Under the pieces are notes generated by a model. It was given only the letters and a program-made list of their open reading frames with translations, ran no database searches and was not told the DNA's origin. From Candidatus Izemoplasmatales bacterium (lineage in GTDB: Bacteria; Bacillota_I; Bacilli_A; Izemoplasmatales; Hujiaoplasmataceae), in NCBI GenBank assembly GCA_050177605.1, contig JBFXGX010000033.1, positions 1 through 10,371 on the forward strand: DNA of 10,371 nucleotides, in the 5' to 3' direction. This document shows, piece by piece, positions 7,610 to 10,371 of this stretch; position 1 is the first letter of the stretch, and every line of letters begins with the position of its first letter. The translations under genes were made by a program, and so were the position numbers.

Positions 7610-7630
7610 AAGGCCTGCTGGCCTTTTTTT
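7610..7630 (+). terminator. Intrinsic terminator closing the etfBA-ldh operon
   Basis: AAGGCC-TGCT-GGCCTT hairpin with a T7 tract (7624-7630), about 25 nt after the stop. Confidence 0.85.
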
Positions 7631-7674
7631 ATTGAAAAAAAGTACAATAAGTTATACCTTTTTTTTCAAAACGG

Positions 7675-7683
7675 TGTTATAAT
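7675..7683 (+). promoter_or_regulatory. Extended -10 promoter of the RpiR gene
   Basis: TG-T-TATAAT is a perfect extended -10, 26 nt before ATG7710. An alternative weaker pair TTGAAA(7632-37)-17 nt-TACCTT(7655-60) lies upstream. Confidence 0.65.
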
Positions 7684-7709
7684 CGTAGTCGTAGAGTGAG
7701 GTGTGTAAT

Positions 7710-8555
7710 ATGAGCGTTATGCTGAATATGCTGGCATATAAAGATGATTTAAGTATGGCTGAAAGAGCAGTTCTCGATTATTTAATTGAAAATAAAGATA
7801 TCTTAAAAGACCTTTATGTCGAAAAAATAGCAGAAGCCGCTTATGCCAGTCCTGCTAGTGTTGTCAGAATGTGTAAAAAACTTGGCTATAAAGGATTTAA
7901 GGACTTCAAAATTGATTTCATTTTATCCAATGCAAAAGTCGAAATTCCAGAGACAAAAGAGTATGATGATGTTATTCTATCTAAAAACTCTAGTTTTGGT
8001 GAAAGCGTCATCCAAAATAATATAAGAATTCTCGAGGAAACATTAAAAATCCATGACCCTGTTGCACTTCACAGCGCCGCAGATGCAATTATGAAGGCAC
8101 GTCGAATCTTTATTTTTGGGAAAGGTTCTTCCTTCCTTGTATGTAAAGATCTAGAAATGAAATTAAGACGGATTAACAAACTTGCGATTGCTCAAGAGGA
8201 TTCGCATGAACAACTTGTCGATGCATCCTTTTTAAACCAAAATGATGTGGTTATCTTAATCTCTAACAGTGGAAAGACTCCTGAAATTGTTTCAGCTGCT
8301 CTCCTCGTAAAAGAAAAGAAAGCTAAGATCATAAGCATTATCAAACTAGGCTCTAGCCTCCTTGCGGATTTAAGTGATATTGTGCTTTATACAACCTCTT
8401 TAGAAGGCGAATTCAGGAGCGCCGCAATGACCTCAAGAATGTCTCAACTCTGCGTTGTAGATGCCTTATTCACCAACTGTGCTTATATGGATATTGATAA
8501 GTCGATTAAAATGATCGAAACGACCTATCAAACCTTTAAAAAATACAAACGATAA
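7710..8555 (+). CDS. MurR/RpiR-family transcriptional regulator (HTH_6 + SIS sugar-phosphate-binding domain)
   Basis: N-terminal LSMAERAVLDY...IAEAAYASPASVVRMCKKLGYKGFKDFK. SIS motifs IFIFGKGSS, ISNSGKT, SSLLADLSD and SAAMTSRMSQL. The start is placed at ATG7710 (RBS GAGGTG 7698-7703) rather than GTG7701, which lies inside the RBS. Confidence 0.92.
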   Translation: MSVMLNMLAYKDDLSMAERAVLDYLIENKDILKDLYVEKIAEAAYASPASVVRMCKKLGYKGFKDFKIDFILSNAKVEIPETKEYDDVILSKNSSFGESVIQNNIRILEETLKIHDPVALHSAADAIMKARRIFIFGKGSSFLVCKDLEMKLRRINKLAIAQEDSHEQLVDASFLNQNDVVILISNSGKTPEIVSAALLVKEKKAKIISIIKLGSSLLADLSDIVLYTTSLEGEFRSAAMTSRMSQLCVVDALFTNCAYMDIDKSIKMIETTYQTFKKYKR

Positions 8556-8559
8556 AGAT

Positions 8560-8583
8560 AAAACGGCCATCGCCGTTTTTTTT
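8560..8583 (+). terminator. Intrinsic terminator after the RpiR gene
   Basis: AAAACGGC-CATC-GCCGTTTT perfect stem with a T8 tract (8576-8583), 4 nt after the stop. Confidence 0.88.
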
Positions 8584-8619
8584 ATTTTTGAAAAAAATAA
8601 CCAAAGGGCTGGCGATAGA

Positions 8620-8647
8620 TTGCTATTCTTGTTTTTTCATTTATAAT
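8620..8647 (+). promoter_or_regulatory. SigA-type promoter of the anmK operon
   Basis: TTGCTA (8620-25), 16 nt spacer, TATAAT (8642-47). RBS GAGGA is at 8655-8659 before ATG8667. Confidence 0.7.
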
Positions 8648-8666
8648 GGAGGTAGAGGATGAATAA

Positions 8667-9827
8667 ATGAAAAAAATGGCGATTGGGTTAATGAGCGGAA
8701 CCTCTCTAGATGGACTAGACTTATTTATCGGAACCATCGATGAGCAAGCAGGCAAAACCCACATTGAAAAAGTCTTTTTTAAAACTTATTCTTATGAGCC
8801 GTCGTTTCAACAGAAAATATTGAAAGCGATGAGCTTAAGTGAAGGCACTCCAAAACTACTTTCGAGTTTAAATCTTGAAATCGCGAAAGTATATAGTGAG
8901 TGTATTTTTGCTAGTTTGGCAGAAAATAATCTTTCTTCAGAAGATATTTCATTTATTGCTTCGCATGGGCAAACGATCTATCACATTACCAAAGATATGG
9001 ATGGCTCTCCTTCATCCCTACAACTGGGGGATGGGTCCGCCCTTGCGGCGCTTACGAATATTCCTGTGGTTTCTAATTTTAGAAACGCTGACATCGCCGT
9101 TGGTGGAGAAGGAGCTCCTTTAGTTCCTTTTGTCCATCATAAACTATTACAATCCACAGAAAAAAATAGAGTAATTCAAAATATAGGTGGGATAAGCAAT
9201 GCAACCTTCCTTCCTAAAAATAGTGAATTAGACCAGGTGGTCGCATTTGATAATGGTCCTGGAAATATGATGATTGATTATGCGATGAGTATCCTATATC
9301 ATCAGCCATATGATTTGGATGGAAAGATCGCTTCCAGTGGGAATAAAATCAATCAGATGTACGATGAGGTTTTATCTCTTCCATATTTCAAGAAACTACC
9401 ACCAAAATCAACTGGACGTGAGTTGTTTGGTAATGAATTTACATCGGTGTTATTAACGAAATATTCGTCCTATAAAAAGGAAGATATTATCCATACTTTA
9501 TCCATCATTACCGCAGATAGTATTGCTTCATCGATTGAACAGTATCTCCCAATGGATAAGTTTCCACTTGAAGTGGTTTTATGCGGAGGTGGAGCCTCGA
9601 ATCCTTTCTTAGTTGAACGGCTTAGGAAGCAAATATCTTTCGGGAATGTAATTAAAGTTGAAAATATAGGGTATGATTCGAATTCATTTGAAGCATTGGC
9701 TTTCATGGTTCTTGGAAATGAGACGATGAATCATCGACCTAGCAATGTTCCAAGCGCAACTGGCGCGACAAAAAAAGTAATCTTAGGTCAAATCAGCCCC
9801 GTATGGAATGCAGGTGAAGAAAGATGA
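8667..9827 (+). CDS. anmK: Anhydro-N-acetylmuramic acid kinase (386 aa)
   Basis: Diagnostic motifs IGLMSGTSLDGLD, SHGQTIYH, LQLGDG, NFRNADIAVGGEGAPLVP, QNIGGISN, FDNGPGNMMID, PPKSTGRELF, CGGG, EALAF and NVPSATGA. Confidence 0.95.
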   Translation: MKKMAIGLMSGTSLDGLDLFIGTIDEQAGKTHIEKVFFKTYSYEPSFQQKILKAMSLSEGTPKLLSSLNLEIAKVYSECIFASLAENNLSSEDISFIASHGQTIYHITKDMDGSPSSLQLGDGSALAALTNIPVVSNFRNADIAVGGEGAPLVPFVHHKLLQSTEKNRVIQNIGGISNATFLPKNSELDQVVAFDNGPGNMMIDYAMSILYHQPYDLDGKIASSGNKINQMYDEVLSLPYFKKLPPKSTGRELFGNEFTSVLLTKYSSYKKEDIIHTLSIITADSIASSIEQYLPMDKFPLEVVLCGGGASNPFLVERLRKQISFGNVIKVENIGYDSNSFEALAFMVLGNETMNHRPSNVPSATGATKKVILGQISPVWNAGEER

Positions 9828-10371
9828 AATATATTATTGGATATGATGGTGGCGGAACCAAAACGGTGATTTCTGTCTTTGATACGATGGGTCATTTATT
9901 CTTTCATCAACGAAGTAGTGGCAGTAATGTATTTAGCGCAGGAGACGAACAGTTCAAATATGTCATCAGCGAGTTATTCTTAGCCGCAAAGAAACAACTT
10001 AAATTTGAAAATGAGGATATTATCCACATTGTTCTTGGTTTAAGTGGTGCCGATTTAGAAGAAGACTATGCTCGTCTTAATCGACTCGTGAATCAATTAT
10101 TTTCACCGATTCCTTTTACTGTCTTAAATGATGCTTGGATTATCTTGAGAAGTGGATTAAAAACACCATATGGTGCCACGGCGATTTGCGGAACAGGCAT
10201 GAATAGCGCAGCGATAAACCATCAAGGTGAGAAGGCAATTTTAAGAGCCCTAGGTTATACTTTAGGAACATACGGTGGAGGACTAGATATCGCAAGAAGT
10301 GGTTTGCATTATGCTTTTCGTAGTGAAGAACTCACGTATAAAAAAACGCTTCTTGAAACAAGAATTCCTGC
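9824..10371 (+). CDS. BadF/BadG/BcrA/BcrD-family sugar kinase (GlcNAc/MurNAc kinase-like), 3'-truncated by the window end; absent from the ORF track
   Basis: ATGA overlap with the anmK stop and RBS AGGTG at 9812-9816. Manual translation gives MKYIIGYDGGGTKT...GSN...LGLSGAD...VLNDAWI...ICGTGMN...LGYTLGTYGGG..IAR, open to the end of the window (182 codons). Confidence 0.88.
   Translation, partial: MKYIIGYDGGGTKTVISVFDTMGHLFFHQRSSGSNVFSAGDEQFKYVISELFLAAKKQLKFENEDIIHIVLGLSGADLEEDYARLNRLVNQLFSPIPFTVLNDAWIILRSGLKTPYGATAICGTGMNSAAINHQGEKAILRALGYTLGTYGGGLDIARSGLHYAFRSEELTYKKTLLETRIP

Noticed and set aside
1150..7619. Same TGCT loop in two terminators (1150-1153 and 7616-7619)
   Set aside because: A four-base coincidence with unrelated stems; not evidence of a repeat family.
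6167..7709. ORF-track starts TTG6167 and GTG7701
   Set aside because: Each lies upstream of or inside the obvious RBS. ATG6188 and ATG7710 have properly spaced Shine-Dalgarno sequences.
8646..8670. Mini-ORFs before anmK (MEVEDE* 8646-8666; MNK* 8659-8670 behind GGAGG 8648-8652) as leader peptides
   Set aside because: The first ATG overlaps the -10 hexamer and the GGAGG probably lies upstream of the transcription start, so neither is likely translated from this promoter. No attenuator structure follows.
392..9706. Short ORFs in the track: 392-643(-), 3198-3419(-), 5781-5993(-), 7843-8025(+), 8582-8764(-), 8875-9123(+), 9470-9706(-)
   Set aside because: All lie within or largely overlap well-supported genes on the opposite strand or in another frame, and show no recognisable motifs. 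They are treated as shadow ORFs.
1..10371. CRISPR arrays, tRNA/rRNA, IS elements, riboswitches (e.g. glmS ribozyme), frameshifted pseudogenes
   Set aside because: No spaced repeats, cloverleafs or transposase motifs were seen. Intergenic gaps are all under 190 nt and are explained by promoters and terminators, and the genes appear intact. An Rfam/Infernal scan would be needed to exclude small structured RNAs formally.

Overview
Low-GC bacterial chromosomal DNA read with genetic code 11 (TGA is used as stop at 3192 and 9827). The acidic surface proteins hint at an Acholeplasmatales/Izemoplasmatales-like Bacillota host, but this is inference. The window opens with the 3' part of a large acidic protein (possibly OppA-like) and a convergent small lipoprotein. 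A + strand amino-sugar/peptidoglycan-sugar catabolic locus follows: an atypical ROK-family kinase coupled to a PIG-L/LmbE deacetylase; etfB, etfA (with an N-terminal Fe-S domain) and an FAD-linked D-lactate dehydrogenase, together resembling the Acetobacterium woodii electron-confurcating LctBCD complex; an RpiR/MurR regulator; anmK; and a BadF-family GlcNAc/MurNAc-type kinase cut off by the window end. The most interesting observation is that the LctBCD-like module has no adjacent lactate permease, racemase or GntR regulator and sits inside a muramic-acid utilisation cluster. This suggests an anaerobic peptidoglycan-scavenging pathway that also oxidises the D-lactyl group of MurNAc. No RNA genes, CRISPR arrays or mobile elements were seen.
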